A stretch of DNA of 64,000 nucleotides from Bacteroidales bacterium (GCA_041686485.1 JAWLDT010000006.1:1669-65668), one strand, 5' to 3'; positions 17,427-28,959 are shown, counted from the first letter of the stretch. Numbers and translations: made by a program. The notes: generated by a model from the letters alone, not told the origin.

Positions 17427-17456
17427 GTTCGGGCTCAGCTTGTGTGCCTTCGAAAC
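17427..17456. repeat. 30-bp direct repeat, copy 2
   Basis: Identical to 17363-17392, with 64 bp start-to-start spacing. Confidence 0.95.
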
Positions 17457-17500
17457 CCGGGCATATTTAAACAGGTGGGGGCCGGATTATAAGAAAGTAG

Positions 17501-17508
17501 TAATTTTG
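17501..17508 (+). promoter_or_regulatory. -7 promoter box TAATTTTG for rlmD
   Basis: Matches TAnnTTTG and lies upstream of the rlmD reading frame. Confidence 0.4.
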
Positions 17509-17572
17509 TACGTTGTTTACCAATTTGCCCAACCGGTTGGGGGAACGTATACTATTTTTAAAACAATCGATT

Positions 17573-19000
17573 TTGGCAAGAAAGAAAAAAAAGGGGAACC
17601 CTTTCCTTGAGAACGTGCTTATCACTGATGTGGCTGCTGAAGGAAAGGCTTTGGCACGAGTGGAGGATAAAGTGTTATTCGTGCCTTTTGCTGCACCCGG
17701 TGATGTGGTGGATGTTCAGGTTACGAAAGCACGCAAAAAGTACATGGAAGGTGTAGTACGGGAGTTTCACACCTTCTCTCCTGATCGGGTAACACCCTTC
17801 TGTGAACATTTCGGTATCTGTGGTGGATGCAAATGGCAGCATCTGCCGTATGAAAAGCAGTTGTCGTTTAAGCAAAAGCAGGTGACAGACAGTCTCGAGC
17901 GAATTGGCGGCCTGGACCTCTCTTCTGTAAAGAAATTGCCCATACTGCCATCTGAGAAAACAACTAATTACCGGAACAAGCTGGAATTTACCTTTAGCAA
18001 CAGTCGGTGGTTGTCGAAGGAGGAAATCGAATCCGGTGAGGAGATCACTGATTTGGAGGCCCTTGGGTTTCATATTCCTGGTTTTTTCGACAAAGTGCTC
18101 GACATTAAACATTGCTGGCTTCAGCCCGAGCCATCCAACGAGATTCGTTTGGCCGTTAAAGCACATGCTGTTTCCAATAACTATTCATTTTATGACCTGC
18201 GTGCCAAGACAGGCTTCCTTCGGAACCTGATTATTCGTAATACGCCGGAAGACGAGTTGATGGTGGTCATGGTGTTTGGCCATGATGATCCTGAGGCTAT
18301 TGACTCTATGATGTCGTTTATCGATCGCCGATTCCCGGATCTCACCTGCCTGGCTTATATGATTAATACCAAGCTGAACAGCAGCATTGGCGACCTGGAA
18401 CCGGTTATTTGCAGTGGCAGGCCTTATATTGAAGAGAAGATGGATGGTTTACGTTTTCAGGTCGGTCCCAAATCATTTTTTCAGACCAACTCAGAGCAGG
18501 CAAAGCGACTGTATGATGTGATCCGTGACTTTGCCGGACTAACAGGGAGTGAGGTTGTGTATGACCTGTATACCGGCGCCGGTACCATCGCCTGCTTTTT
18601 GGCCGCGAAGGCCCGGAAGGTTGTTGGGATAGAATATGTGGATGAGGCGGTGGTGCATGCCCGCGACAATGCCAAACGTAACCGTATTGCCAACGCAAGT
18701 TTCCTGACCGGCGATATGGCCGACATCTTTAATGAACATTTTATGCAGGATCAGGCCTATCCGGATGTGATCGTCACCGACCCTCCCCGGGCCGGGATGC
18801 ATCCGAAAGTGGTGAAGGAGTTACTGAAAAGCGGTGCAGACCGCATTGTGTATGTGAGCTGTAACCCGGCAACACAGGCACGCGACATCGATCTGCTTGG
18901 CAGTCATTATAGGCTTTGCAAATGCCAGACCGTTGATATGTTCCCACATACCCATCACGTCGAAAATGTGGTGCTTCTTGAAAAAAGACAGGAGGCGTGA
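17573..19000 (+). CDS. rlmD: 23S rRNA (uracil-C5)-methyltransferase RlmD/RumA family
   Basis: It has a TRAM-like N-terminus (ITDVAAEGKALARVEDKVLFVPFAAPGDVVDVQV), a CxxxxxCGGC Fe-S cluster motif (CEHFGICGGCKWQH) and a SAM-MTase C-terminus (DLYTGAGTIA, VTDPPRAGM). The ORF is open from 17513 (TTG). I prefer TTG 17573 (M-ARKKKKGNPFLENV…) by analogy to homologues, but this start is uncertain. Confidence 0.85.
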   Translation: MARKKKKGNPFLENVLITDVAAEGKALARVEDKVLFVPFAAPGDVVDVQVTKARKKYMEGVVREFHTFSPDRVTPFCEHFGICGGCKWQHLPYEKQLSFKQKQVTDSLERIGGLDLSSVKKLPILPSEKTTNYRNKLEFTFSNSRWLSKEEIESGEEITDLEALGFHIPGFFDKVLDIKHCWLQPEPSNEIRLAVKAHAVSNNYSFYDLRAKTGFLRNLIIRNTPEDELMVVMVFGHDDPEAIDSMMSFIDRRFPDLTCLAYMINTKLNSSIGDLEPVICSGRPYIEEKMDGLRFQVGPKSFFQTNSEQAKRLYDVIRDFAGLTGSEVVYDLYTGAGTIACFLAAKARKVVGIEYVDEAVVHARDNAKRNRIANASFLTGDMADIFNEHFMQDQAYPDVIVTDPPRAGMHPKVVKELLKSGADRIVYVSCNPATQARDIDLLGSHYRLCKCQTVDMFPHTHHVENVVLLEKRQEA

Positions 19001-19023
19001 CACTGCGCTCCTGGCCGGAACTG

Positions 19024-19293
19024 TTACCTGATGTTAAAGTGATCGTAGCCGCTTACCGGGACTTCTTCCGTCTCGATATCCGTTACACTGGCAAATGACG
19101 GTCCTTTTTGGCACCACTGCACAAAGCTATTCAGCTGTTCTTCTCCACCTTCGGCAGCAATGTATACGCTACCATCCGGCATGTTTTTTACATAGCCTGT
19201 AATGCCTAATGATACCGCTTTTGACTGGGCAGCATTACGGAAGTTTACGCCCTGCACCCGGCCAAATACCTGAATTTGCAGACTCTTTGTCAT
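19024..19293 (-). CDS. Acylphosphatase
   Basis: 89 aa. VFGRVQGVNFRNAAQSKAVSLGITGYVKNMPDGSV is the classic acylphosphatase signature. Confidence 0.9.
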   Translation of the reverse strand: MTKSLQIQVFGRVQGVNFRNAAQSKAVSLGITGYVKNMPDGSVYIAAEGGEEQLNSFVQWCQKGPSFASVTDIETEEVPVSGYDHFNIR

Positions 19294-19342
19294 CTGTTTA
19301 TATTTTGCTTGTTTAAAATTATCAAGCTTTTAGCTTCCTATT

Positions 19343-19350
19343 CAAAAATA
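19343..19350 (-). promoter_or_regulatory. -7 promoter box TATTTTTG for the acylphosphatase gene
   Basis: Reverse complement of caaaaata, about 50 nt upstream of ATG 19293. Confidence 0.35.
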
Positions 19351-19512
19351 AGGCTTTTTGCTTGCTGTGCAAAATTTCCCATCATGGTGTGCCGTTTTTT
19401 TATATATTTGAACACCTTCATGGAAGCAGGCAAACAAGGACATCAGACTTGTTTTTCAAAGACAACACTTATTTATTCGTATACATTACTATTAACAACA
19501 TTTTATAGAAAC

Positions 19513-21627
19513 ATGAACAAATATCTGATTTATATGCTGTTATTCTCAATGACCACAGGATGTGGTCCGGGCCGGGAGGATGGCGAAACCGAAGCTCCTG
19601 TGGCGCCAAAACATGAGAAAGAGCTGGTAACACACGGAGACACCCGTATTGACCCTTATTATTGGATGAACGACCGCGATGATCCTGAGGTGATCGATTA
19701 TCTTGAGGCAGAGAATGCGTATCTCGATGAGATGATGGGTCATACAGAGGACTTACAGAAGACCCTGTTTCAGGAGATGAAAAACCGCATCCGCGAAGAT
19801 GATCAGTCAGCGCCCTATTTCAGCAATGGGTATTACTATTATGTTCGCTATGAAGAGGGAGGAGAGTATCCTATTTATTGCCGGAAGCCAGGCAGCCTTG
19901 ATGCCGAAGAAGAGGTGATGCTGGATGTGAATAAGCTTGCCGAGCCTCATCCTTATTTCAATGTAGGTGATTATGATGTTAGTCTTGACAACCGTTGGAT
20001 GGCTTTTACGGCTGATACGGTTGGCCGGCGTCAATATACCATTAACGTGAAAGACCTGGCAACAGGCGAGGTGTTTTCGACCGGGATTGCTAATGCCGGT
20101 GGTGATGTGGTTTGGGCTGCCGATAACCAGACTTTTTTCTTTACTTCCATCGACCCCAACACCCTCCGCTATGAGCGTATACAACGCTACAATTTCTTTC
20201 ATGATGAAGAACCGGAGGAGGTTTATTACGAAGCGGATGAGACCTTTTACTATATTGGTGTTTCCCGGACCAAAGATGACCGGTATCTGCGGATCAATGC
20301 CAACAGTACCCTGACTACAGAGGTTTGGTTGCTGGATGCAAATGAACCGTCCGGCGAATTTGAAGTTTTTCAGCCGCGTCAACGAGATCTGCGATACAGC
20401 GTAGCGTCTTATAACGGCAAATTTTTTGTCCTTACCAATCATGAAGCTGAAAACTTCCGGCTCATGGAGACCAGGAAGGATCAAACTACTATAGAGCACT
20501 GGAAGGAAGTGATCCCGCACCGCTCCGATGTGCTGCTGGAGGATATCGAACTGTTTGATGACTTTCTGGTCGTTCAGGAAAGAGAGCGGGGACTGCGTCA
20601 ATTGCGTATCATAAACAGGCTGACAGACAAAAGCCATTATATTCCTTTTGAGGAGGAAGCCTATACGGCACGCATTGGGGTCAATGCTGAAATGTCAACG
20701 CCGGTGTTGCGGTTTAATTATACCTCACCCACCACACCGTCCACCACTTACGACTATCACATGGGCGAGGGTGAGCGCACCCTGGTAAAACAACAAGAGG
20801 TGCTGGGAGACTTCGACCCCGATGACTATGAAACCCGACGGTTCTACGCAACGGCACGTGATGGGGTTGATGTACCCCTTACAATTGTCTATAAGAAAGG
20901 AATTGAGCGGGATGGCAAGAATCCGCTTTTGCTTTATGGCTATGGTTCCTACGGCTCGAGTGCCGATCCCCGATTTAACAGAAATGCGCTAAGCCTGCTG
21001 GACCGCGGTTTTCTTTATGCCATTGCCCATGTACGCGGTGGCCAGGAATTGGGCCGTCAGTGGTATGAAGATGGAAAGTTGTTGAATAAGAAAAACACGT
21101 TTAACGACTTTATTGATTGTGCCGAATTCCTTATTGAAAAAGAATATACGAGTCCTGAACATTTGTATGCGCGGGGTGGCAGCGCCGGTGGGTTGCTTAT
21201 GGGAGCGGTTATCAATCAGCGTCCGGATCTGTTTAATGGCGTTATAGCCGCCGTACCTTTCGTGGATGTGGTTACCACCATGCTGGATGAATCCATACCA
21301 CTTACCACGGCTGAATATGATGAGTGGGGCAACCCAAATGACCCGGAGTATTATGAGTACATGTTGTCCTATTCGCCTTATGATAACATTACGGAGCAAG
21401 CCTATCCCAACTTATTGGTCACCAGTGGTCTGCATGATTCCCAGGTGCAGTATTGGGAACCAAGCAAGTGGGTGGCCAGGCTGCGTGATCACCATACGGG
21501 AGACAATCTTATCCTGTTGTATACGAATATGGAGGCAGGTCACGGTGGTGCTTCCGGCCGTTTTCAGCGGCTGCGTGAACTGGCCAGGGAATATGCATTC
21601 CTGCTTGACCTTGAAGGCAAAAGTTAA
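19513..21627 (+). CDS. ptrB: Oligopeptidase B / S9A prolyl oligopeptidase family serine peptidase (lipoprotein-type signal)
   Basis: The start is set at ATG 19513 (MNKYLIYMLLFSMTTGCGPG), which gives a signal peptide with a lipobox Cys. It has a beta-propeller N-terminal part and a catalytic GGSAGGLLMG serine motif. The ORF-track extension back to 19276 overlaps the acylphosphatase gene and looks spurious. Confidence 0.85.
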   Translation: MNKYLIYMLLFSMTTGCGPGREDGETEAPVAPKHEKELVTHGDTRIDPYYWMNDRDDPEVIDYLEAENAYLDEMMGHTEDLQKTLFQEMKNRIREDDQSAPYFSNGYYYYVRYEEGGEYPIYCRKPGSLDAEEEVMLDVNKLAEPHPYFNVGDYDVSLDNRWMAFTADTVGRRQYTINVKDLATGEVFSTGIANAGGDVVWAADNQTFFFTSIDPNTLRYERIQRYNFFHDEEPEEVYYEADETFYYIGVSRTKDDRYLRINANSTLTTEVWLLDANEPSGEFEVFQPRQRDLRYSVASYNGKFFVLTNHEAENFRLMETRKDQTTIEHWKEVIPHRSDVLLEDIELFDDFLVVQERERGLRQLRIINRLTDKSHYIPFEEEAYTARIGVNAEMSTPVLRFNYTSPTTPSTTYDYHMGEGERTLVKQQEVLGDFDPDDYETRRFYATARDGVDVPLTIVYKKGIERDGKNPLLLYGYGSYGSSADPRFNRNALSLLDRGFLYAIAHVRGGQELGRQWYEDGKLLNKKNTFNDFIDCAEFLIEKEYTSPEHLYARGGSAGGLLMGAVINQRPDLFNGVIAAVPFVDVVTTMLDESIPLTTAEYDEWGNPNDPEYYEYMLSYSPYDNITEQAYPNLLVTSGLHDSQVQYWEPSKWVARLRDHHTGDNLILLYTNMEAGHGGASGRFQRLRELAREYAFLLDLEGKS

Positions 21628-21687
21628 TGAATGCCGCTATAATTAAATAATTCAGGCCATATACCTGTTTCTTCTGATTCTATCCTT

Positions 21688-22215
21688 ATGGCTGTTGTAA
21701 AAAAAGTGGCTGTTACCGGCCCGGAGTCTACCGGAAAAAGTTCACTGAGCCGGCAACTGGCCGCACACTACCATACTGAGTATGTGCCTGAGTATGCCCG
21801 GGAATATGTTGACAGGCTGGACAGGCATTATCGTCAGGAGGACATCCTGGTTATTGCCAAAGAACAGCTGGCCATGGAACAGCGTGCCATGAATCAGGCC
21901 GAAACATACCTGTTTTGTGACACAGATTTGATTGTGCCCAAGATCTGGGAATTATATAAATACTTTGAATGCCATCCCTGGATTATTGAACAGATTCACT
22001 GGAACCGGTACGACCTGACTTTGTTGTGTGATGTTGACCTGCCCTGGCAGCCGGACCCCCAGCGGGAATATCCAAACCTCCGGCAATTTTTCTTCCACTG
22101 GTTCCATCGTGAATTACAGGCCTATGGTTTCCCTTACCGCATTATTCGCGGCAATGAGCTGGAACGCCCTGGAAATGCGATAGATGCCGTTAACTCATTT
22201 TTTAACGCTTATTGA
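21688..22215 (+). CDS. P-loop ATPase, NadR C-terminal (ribosylnicotinamide kinase)-like
   Basis: 175 aa. It has Walker A GPESTGKSS followed by …YVPEYAREY…, as in NadR-type kinase domains. Confidence 0.6.
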   Translation: MAVVKKVAVTGPESTGKSSLSRQLAAHYHTEYVPEYAREYVDRLDRHYRQEDILVIAKEQLAMEQRAMNQAETYLFCDTDLIVPKIWELYKYFECHPWIIEQIHWNRYDLTLLCDVDLPWQPDPQREYPNLRQFFFHWFHRELQAYGFPYRIIRGNELERPGNAIDAVNSFFNAY

Positions 22216-22216
22216 A

Positions 22217-23104
22217 ATGGAACCTTCCACCGCAAAAAAACAGCTACAACTTCATATGATTGTTGTGCTGCTGGGCTTCAGCGGCATCCTTGGTGCCCTG
22301 ATATCCATCTCAGCCTTTCCCCTCGTATGGTACCGGATGTTTTTTGGATTCGTCGGGTTAGGAGCGTTTTTTCTGATTCGTGGTATCTCTTTTCGTGTCC
22401 CCTATAAAAAGATGCTTCCATTGCTGGGCATTGGTGTGGTTGTTGCCCTGCACTGGATCACTTTTTTTCATGCCATCAACGTGTCTAATGTGTCGGTGAC
22501 CCTTGGCGTTTTTGCCTCCACCACACTTTTTACCAGTTTTCTGGAACCGCTTACCCAGCGCAGGCGTATTTTTTGGTTAGAAGTGCTTATAGGCTTAGTT
22601 ATCCTTTATGGTATTTATCTGATTTTCCAGTACGAATTTCATTACCTGGATGGAATCTTGTATGCCCTTCTGGCATCGGTATTAAACGGGCTTTTTGTTG
22701 TAATGAACCGCAATATCAGCCTTCGACATCACCCTTCAGTAATCAGTTTTTATGAGATGATCGGTGGTTTTCTGTTTATTACCTTATATCTGGGGGTAAG
22801 TGGCACAGGCTATGGCGAGATCTTTCCGCTCTCTGCAGCAGACCTCATTTATGTGGCATTGCTTGGCCTGGTATGTACGGCTTATGCCTTTTCGGCCATC
22901 GTTGACGTGATGAAGGTGCTGTCGGCCTACACGGTAGTGCTGTCGGTAAACATGGAACCGGTGTATGGAATTATCATGGCCCGCCTGCTCTTTCCTGAGG
23001 CAGAGCAGATGTCGGGCGGATTCTACATCGGAACCCTGATCATCCTGGTATCCGTATTTAGTTATCCTTTCTTAAAACGCAAACTCCGCAAAAAAGCGGT
23101 TTGA
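22217..23104 (+). CDS. DMT-superfamily (EamA-like) transporter
   Basis: About 295 aa with about 10 TM helices. The start is set at ATG 22217, one nt after the upstream stop; the longer ORF from 22184 overlaps the previous gene. Confidence 0.65.
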   Translation: MEPSTAKKQLQLHMIVVLLGFSGILGALISISAFPLVWYRMFFGFVGLGAFFLIRGISFRVPYKKMLPLLGIGVVVALHWITFFHAINVSNVSVTLGVFASTTLFTSFLEPLTQRRRIFWLEVLIGLVILYGIYLIFQYEFHYLDGILYALLASVLNGLFVVMNRNISLRHHPSVISFYEMIGGFLFITLYLGVSGTGYGEIFPLSAADLIYVALLGLVCTAYAFSAIVDVMKVLSAYTVVLSVNMEPVYGIIMARLLFPEAEQMSGGFYIGTLIILVSVFSYPFLKRKLRKKAV

Positions 23105-23932
23105 ATCTTTCAGACGTGCAAATGCCACAAAAGGCGGATTGTGCAGGTCTTTCTTGTTGTATTGAAGCGGTTTTTTGGTGTACAGGTCGAAGATATCACC
23201 GCCGGCAGCCAGCAATATGGCATGGGCAGCCGCCGTATCCCACTCAAAGGTAGGCGTAAACCGCGGATAGAGACTGGCTTCTCCGGCAGCCAGCTTGCAA
23301 AATTTGAGGGAGCTTCCTATTGCCAGGGTTTGTTGGGACGGGTTGATTTCTTTCAGTTGATTGATCAGGGCCTCGGTTCGTGAGTCAGGATGAGAGCGAC
23401 TGACTACAATGGTTTCCTGATCCAAACCTTCGCGATCTGTCAGGGACTCACCTGTTTTTTCAAACAGTTGCTCTTCCGAAGCGATTGTCTGATCTTCCAG
23501 GGAACGTGTGTCGGCAATAATACGGGGTGGCAGATCCCTGCCCCCGAAAAAGGCCATATGCAAAGCCGGAGCGGTAACAATTCCCAGAATGGGGCAATCC
23601 TCCCGTATCAGGGCAATGTTAACCGTAAACTCTCCATTCTTGCTGATAAACTCCTTGGTGCCGTCCAAAGGGTCTATCAGCCAGTATTCCCCCCAGGATT
23701 TTCTCTCCTCATAAGCAGGTATGGTATTTTCTTCACTTACCACCGGTATGCCGGTTTGTTCCAGCCTGTCCTGAATAATGGCATTGGCCCGCCTGTCGGC
23801 CAGGGTGATGGGGCTGCCGTCGGCTTTGTCTTCCGACAGAATGGGGTTCTCATAGACCTCCATAATGGCATTTCCGGCTTCAATAGCGGTTTTAAGGGCT
23901 AAATGTGTATGGGCGATGTGTGTGTTTGTCAT
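23072..23932 (-). CDS. cysQ: 3'(2'),5'-bisphosphate nucleotidase CysQ (inositol monophosphatase family)
   Basis: IMPase-family motifs are present (WLIDPLDGTKEF, WDTAAAHAIL). ORF-track position 23941 is TTG. ATG 23932 is preferred because a promoter box overlaps the TTG. Confidence 0.8.
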   Translation of the reverse strand: MTNTHIAHTHLALKTAIEAGNAIMEVYENPILSEDKADGSPITLADRRANAIIQDRLEQTGIPVVSEENTIPAYEERKSWGEYWLIDPLDGTKEFISKNGEFTVNIALIREDCPILGIVTAPALHMAFFGGRDLPPRIIADTRSLEDQTIASEEQLFEKTGESLTDREGLDQETIVVSRSHPDSRTEALINQLKEINPSQQTLAIGSSLKFCKLAAGEASLYPRFTPTFEWDTAAAHAILLAAGGDIFDLYTKKPLQYNKKDLHNPPFVAFARLKDSNRFFAEFAF

Positions 23933-23938
23933 AGCTAA

Positions 23939-23946
23939 CAAAATTA
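23939..23946 (-). promoter_or_regulatory. -7 promoter box TAATTTTG for cysQ
   Basis: Reverse complement of caaaatta, with 6 nt before ATG 23932. Confidence 0.45.
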
Positions 23947-24281
23947 TTAAAGTATTCTAACCTGATTTATTCATGATTTTAGTGAAACTTTCCTGCTTGT
24001 GCGGTAATGAAATCCGGCGCATTAGCATATTTTGTGAATAAGACAGGCTAAAACCATTGTTTTTTTGTATGGAATGTTCATACATGCATGGGTAACCATT
24101 GTTCCGGGATTCCATGCATACTCTTTGGTCTCGCGTGTGCAGTAAAGATTTTTTCAGATGCGATTGATGCAGCCTTAGGTGGCTTGCGTTCTTTTGTATA
24201 CCATTGGAAGGCAAATATAGAAATTTTACCAAACAATCTGTTTTACAGGTTGTTTTTTTAATAAACCAAACACTTATAGTT

Positions 24282-24869
24282 ATGAAAATATGTAATAGAT
24301 TTTATTTAATGGGATGCAGCTTATTTATTCTATTCGCGATGTTGATGATAAATCCTTTGCAGGCTATGGAAAACAATGGCGAAACTGCCGGAAGTCTTCA
24401 TGATTTTGTGGTTCAGGACATCTATGGCGATTCTTTTGAGCTGTCGGATTTATCAGGGAAGAAGGTGATGGTTGTAAACACCGCATCTGAATGTGGCCTG
24501 ACACCGCAGTATGAGGAGCTTGAACAGCTCTACCAAAAGTATGGCGGCGATGGTTTCGTGATTATCGGCTTCCCGGCCAACAATTTTATGAATCAGGAGC
24601 CCGGTTCGGATGAAGAAATTATCACCTTTTGCCAGGAGAACTATGGAGTTAGTTTTCCTATGATGTCGAAGATCTCTGTGAAAGGTGACGATATTGCCCC
24701 TGTTTATGAGTGGCTTACCCGTGAGGAACTAAATGGTAAGATGGATGCAGAGATTGCCTGGAATTTTCAGAAATTCCTGATTGACGCCGACGGGCAGATA
24801 GTCGATGTGTTATCCCCCCGCGATAGCCCATTGTCATCAGAGGTGACCGACTGGATCACAGAGAAGTAA
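24282..24869 (+). CDS. Glutathione peroxidase (Cys-type), secreted or periplasmic
   Basis: GPx motifs are present (VMVVNTASECGLTPQYEELEQLY, WNFQKFLID). The start is set at ATG 24282 (MKICNRFYLMGCSLFILFAMLMINPLQA), which gives a signal peptide. Confidence 0.85.
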   Translation: MKICNRFYLMGCSLFILFAMLMINPLQAMENNGETAGSLHDFVVQDIYGDSFELSDLSGKKVMVVNTASECGLTPQYEELEQLYQKYGGDGFVIIGFPANNFMNQEPGSDEEIITFCQENYGVSFPMMSKISVKGDDIAPVYEWLTREELNGKMDAEIAWNFQKFLIDADGQIVDVLSPRDSPLSSEVTDWITEK

Positions 24870-24870
24870 C

Positions 24871-25055
24871 AGGTCAGAGATTACCGACCGGATCACAAAG
24901 AAATAACAGGTCAGAAATTACCGACCGGATCACAGAGAAATAACAGGTCAGAAATTACCGACCGGATCACAAAGAAATAACAGGTCAGAGATTACCGACC
25001 GGATCACAGAGAAGTAACAGGTCAGAAATTACCGACCGGATCAAAGAGAAGTAAC
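24871..25055. repeat. Tandem repeat, 37-bp unit x5 (AGGTCAGARATTACCGACCGGATCAMAGAGAARTAAC)
   Basis: Units are at 24871, 24908, 24945, 24982 and 25019, with a few A/G and A/C variants. A degenerate 30-bp proto-unit (24841-24870) forms the last 9 codons plus the stop of gpx. A 3-nt start of a sixth unit follows. The array fills the gap between the convergent gpx and gyrB genes. Confidence 0.95.
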
Positions 25056-25074
25056 AGGCGCTGCAGAGAATCCT

Positions 25075-27081
<2,007 letters not shown>

Positions 27082-27169
27082 TTAAGGAGAATACCTACAA
27101 AAAAAGGCGCAAAAATGCTGTTTTAACAGGCTGATAATCAGAGTATTTGCAAGGGATGGTTCACAGGGT

Positions 27170-28939
27170 TTACAAGGAGTAGCTCACGCCGCCCATAAAA
27201 CTGAAACCCTGGGTGGGATAATCCAGCCATCGGGCATAATTCTCATTTTGTACATTGTAGAAATCAAGGAAGACAGATAAGATTTTTGTGTACCGGTATT
27301 CAATACCCACGTTGGCATCCAGGTAAAAATCATGCACTTTTTCAGGGTGGATGGTTCCTGGTGGAATGTCTGATATCACCATTCCGTAAGTTTCCCCACG
27401 GCCGTACAGATCGGCCGTAAGGATAATCTTATCCTGGATATTGTAGCTCATGTTGAGCGTAAGAAGCATATCCGGTTTATGCCAGGCCTTTTGTTGGGTG
27501 TCAAGTGTATAATCATAAAAGTCGCCGCGCAGACGCATGGAAAAACGTTTGCCGAAGCGGGAAAACACCTCGGCATGGAAATGGAGACGACGAATATCAT
27601 CATAGATGACTGTGAATTGGGATGTCCGGAAGGCCGATATATCCTGGTCTATTATGTTAAATGCGTCGGGGAAGCCTGACTTGCCAAACAAGGGGTAATT
27701 GTCAATATTGCTGTTTGTAAGCGACAGGTGGTATGATACCTTGTCGCCAACATTCCCTTTCACTCCGCCACTGATTTCGGAACGTATGTTGGTAAAGGAT
27801 GTCGCAGGGAATGGCCTTACGAAGGGGTTCTCCGCTGATAATGTTCGCCAGGATTGTTTTTCCAGCCCTCCCGACAATTCCATATAGGCCGTCAAGCGTT
27901 CCGGAACAATCTCCATGTTCAGGCCTGCGAGCGGATAGGTTCGCAAGAGATAGTTGGCGTTGTCGTCCTCCACCGAGAAATTGACCCCTGCATGAAAGCT
28001 TAATTGGTCAATGTCAGCGTAAAAAGTTGGTTTTACACTGTAGATGCCGGTATTCAAAGTATCTCCAACAAACTCATAATAGTAATAATCGGCGGATAGG
28101 TCTAGCTGGAAATATTGTTTTTTGGCAATTTCGAAAGGGTCGGCGGAAAATTCACGGCCAATTTCCCCGGAAAAGTTGAAATGGTGCTCATTACCCTCAT
28201 ACCGGTCACTGAGCCAGTGGTGTTCAAGACCTGCATGATAACGGGTACTGGCAGAATCAGCATGGGTTGAGCCAAACCCGATCCGGGATGACAGAAAGTT
28301 GTACTGCTGTCGGATATCATCGGCTTCAGGAAGCAAGTTGTTATTTCCATTATCTTGTTTATCAGCTTCTTGTTGATTATTAAACGGGAAACCATAATAA
28401 TGGACCACTTCACGGTCGTAGAGGATGTCAGCTTCGAGAGAGGTGTTATCGAAAAAACGGGTGCCGTAAATATTTGCTTTGTTGTGGCTGAAAAGACTAT
28501 GTGGTGCATCTTCTATCTCATTGTTGGCGGAGATATGTTTCAGGTTGACACCCAGGGCATATTCATTGGAGCGCAGGGTGTTATAAAATGCCTCAAGATA
28601 GGGTGTCTGGTAAGATCCAAAACCCCCTTTTACATGCCCACGATACAATTTTGGCATTGGCTCGCCACGCATACGGGCAGGGGTGATCGGATCCGGTTCA
28701 AACTCGGTTGTGATTTTTTGTGGCGGAATCTGGTAATCAAAATCCATCTGCACACGCGTGGTATCATCAATCGTTGGATTGATATTTATCTTGAAGGCAT
28801 CAGAGATGCTTGGTTCATAAGGGGCTACCACCTGTATTTCATCAATGTCCATGCGGTCCTGTGCGTGTAAAATACCTGCTGTGCCGACCAGCAGTAGCAG
28901 TAAAATGGTATTGACGATGTGAAAAGTGGGTGTTTTCAT
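27170..28939 (-). CDS. Outer-membrane beta-barrel protein (putative porin family)
   Basis: 589 aa with a signal peptide (…LLLLVGTAGILHAQ), alternating aromatic-rich beta-strand-like pattern, and a C-terminal …GGVSYSL. It is co-oriented with the upstream TPR gene and starts 20 nt after its stop. Confidence 0.55.
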   Translation of the reverse strand: MKTPTFHIVNTILLLLLVGTAGILHAQDRMDIDEIQVVAPYEPSISDAFKININPTIDDTTRVQMDFDYQIPPQKITTEFEPDPITPARMRGEPMPKLYRGHVKGGFGSYQTPYLEAFYNTLRSNEYALGVNLKHISANNEIEDAPHSLFSHNKANIYGTRFFDNTSLEADILYDREVVHYYGFPFNNQQEADKQDNGNNNLLPEADDIRQQYNFLSSRIGFGSTHADSASTRYHAGLEHHWLSDRYEGNEHHFNFSGEIGREFSADPFEIAKKQYFQLDLSADYYYYEFVGDTLNTGIYSVKPTFYADIDQLSFHAGVNFSVEDDNANYLLRTYPLAGLNMEIVPERLTAYMELSGGLEKQSWRTLSAENPFVRPFPATSFTNIRSEISGGVKGNVGDKVSYHLSLTNSNIDNYPLFGKSGFPDAFNIIDQDISAFRTSQFTVIYDDIRRLHFHAEVFSRFGKRFSMRLRGDFYDYTLDTQQKAWHKPDMLLTLNMSYNIQDKIILTADLYGRGETYGMVISDIPPGTIHPEKVHDFYLDANVGIEYRYTKILSVFLDFYNVQNENYARWLDYPTQGFSFMGGVSYSL

Positions 28940-28959
28940 GACAATGTACTATTTGGTTA

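Noticed and set aside
19276-19512. The long N-terminal extension of the peptidase ORF. The same applies to the extensions of tgt (47879-47950), lysS (17245-17307), gyrB (27043-27069), gpx (24204-24281), the FadL-like gene (41313-41354) and DUF3109 (11623-11661).
   Set aside because: The extensions contain or overlap promoter boxes or neighbouring genes, start at non-ATG codons in several cases, and remove otherwise clean signal peptides or conserved N-termini. Internal ATGs are preferred.
23957-24232. A 91-aa minus-strand ORF in the cysQ-gpx divergent spacer.
   Set aside because: It would have to be transcribed through the cysQ promoter region, it has no recognisable features, and it overlaps the upstream region of gpx. 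It is probably a chance ORF in a 340-bp regulatory spacer.
24871-25055. The possibility that the 37-bp repeats form a CRISPR array.
   Set aside because: The units are directly contiguous with no unique spacers, there are no cas genes in the window, and the unit is derived from the gpx 3' end. It is a plain tandem repeat.
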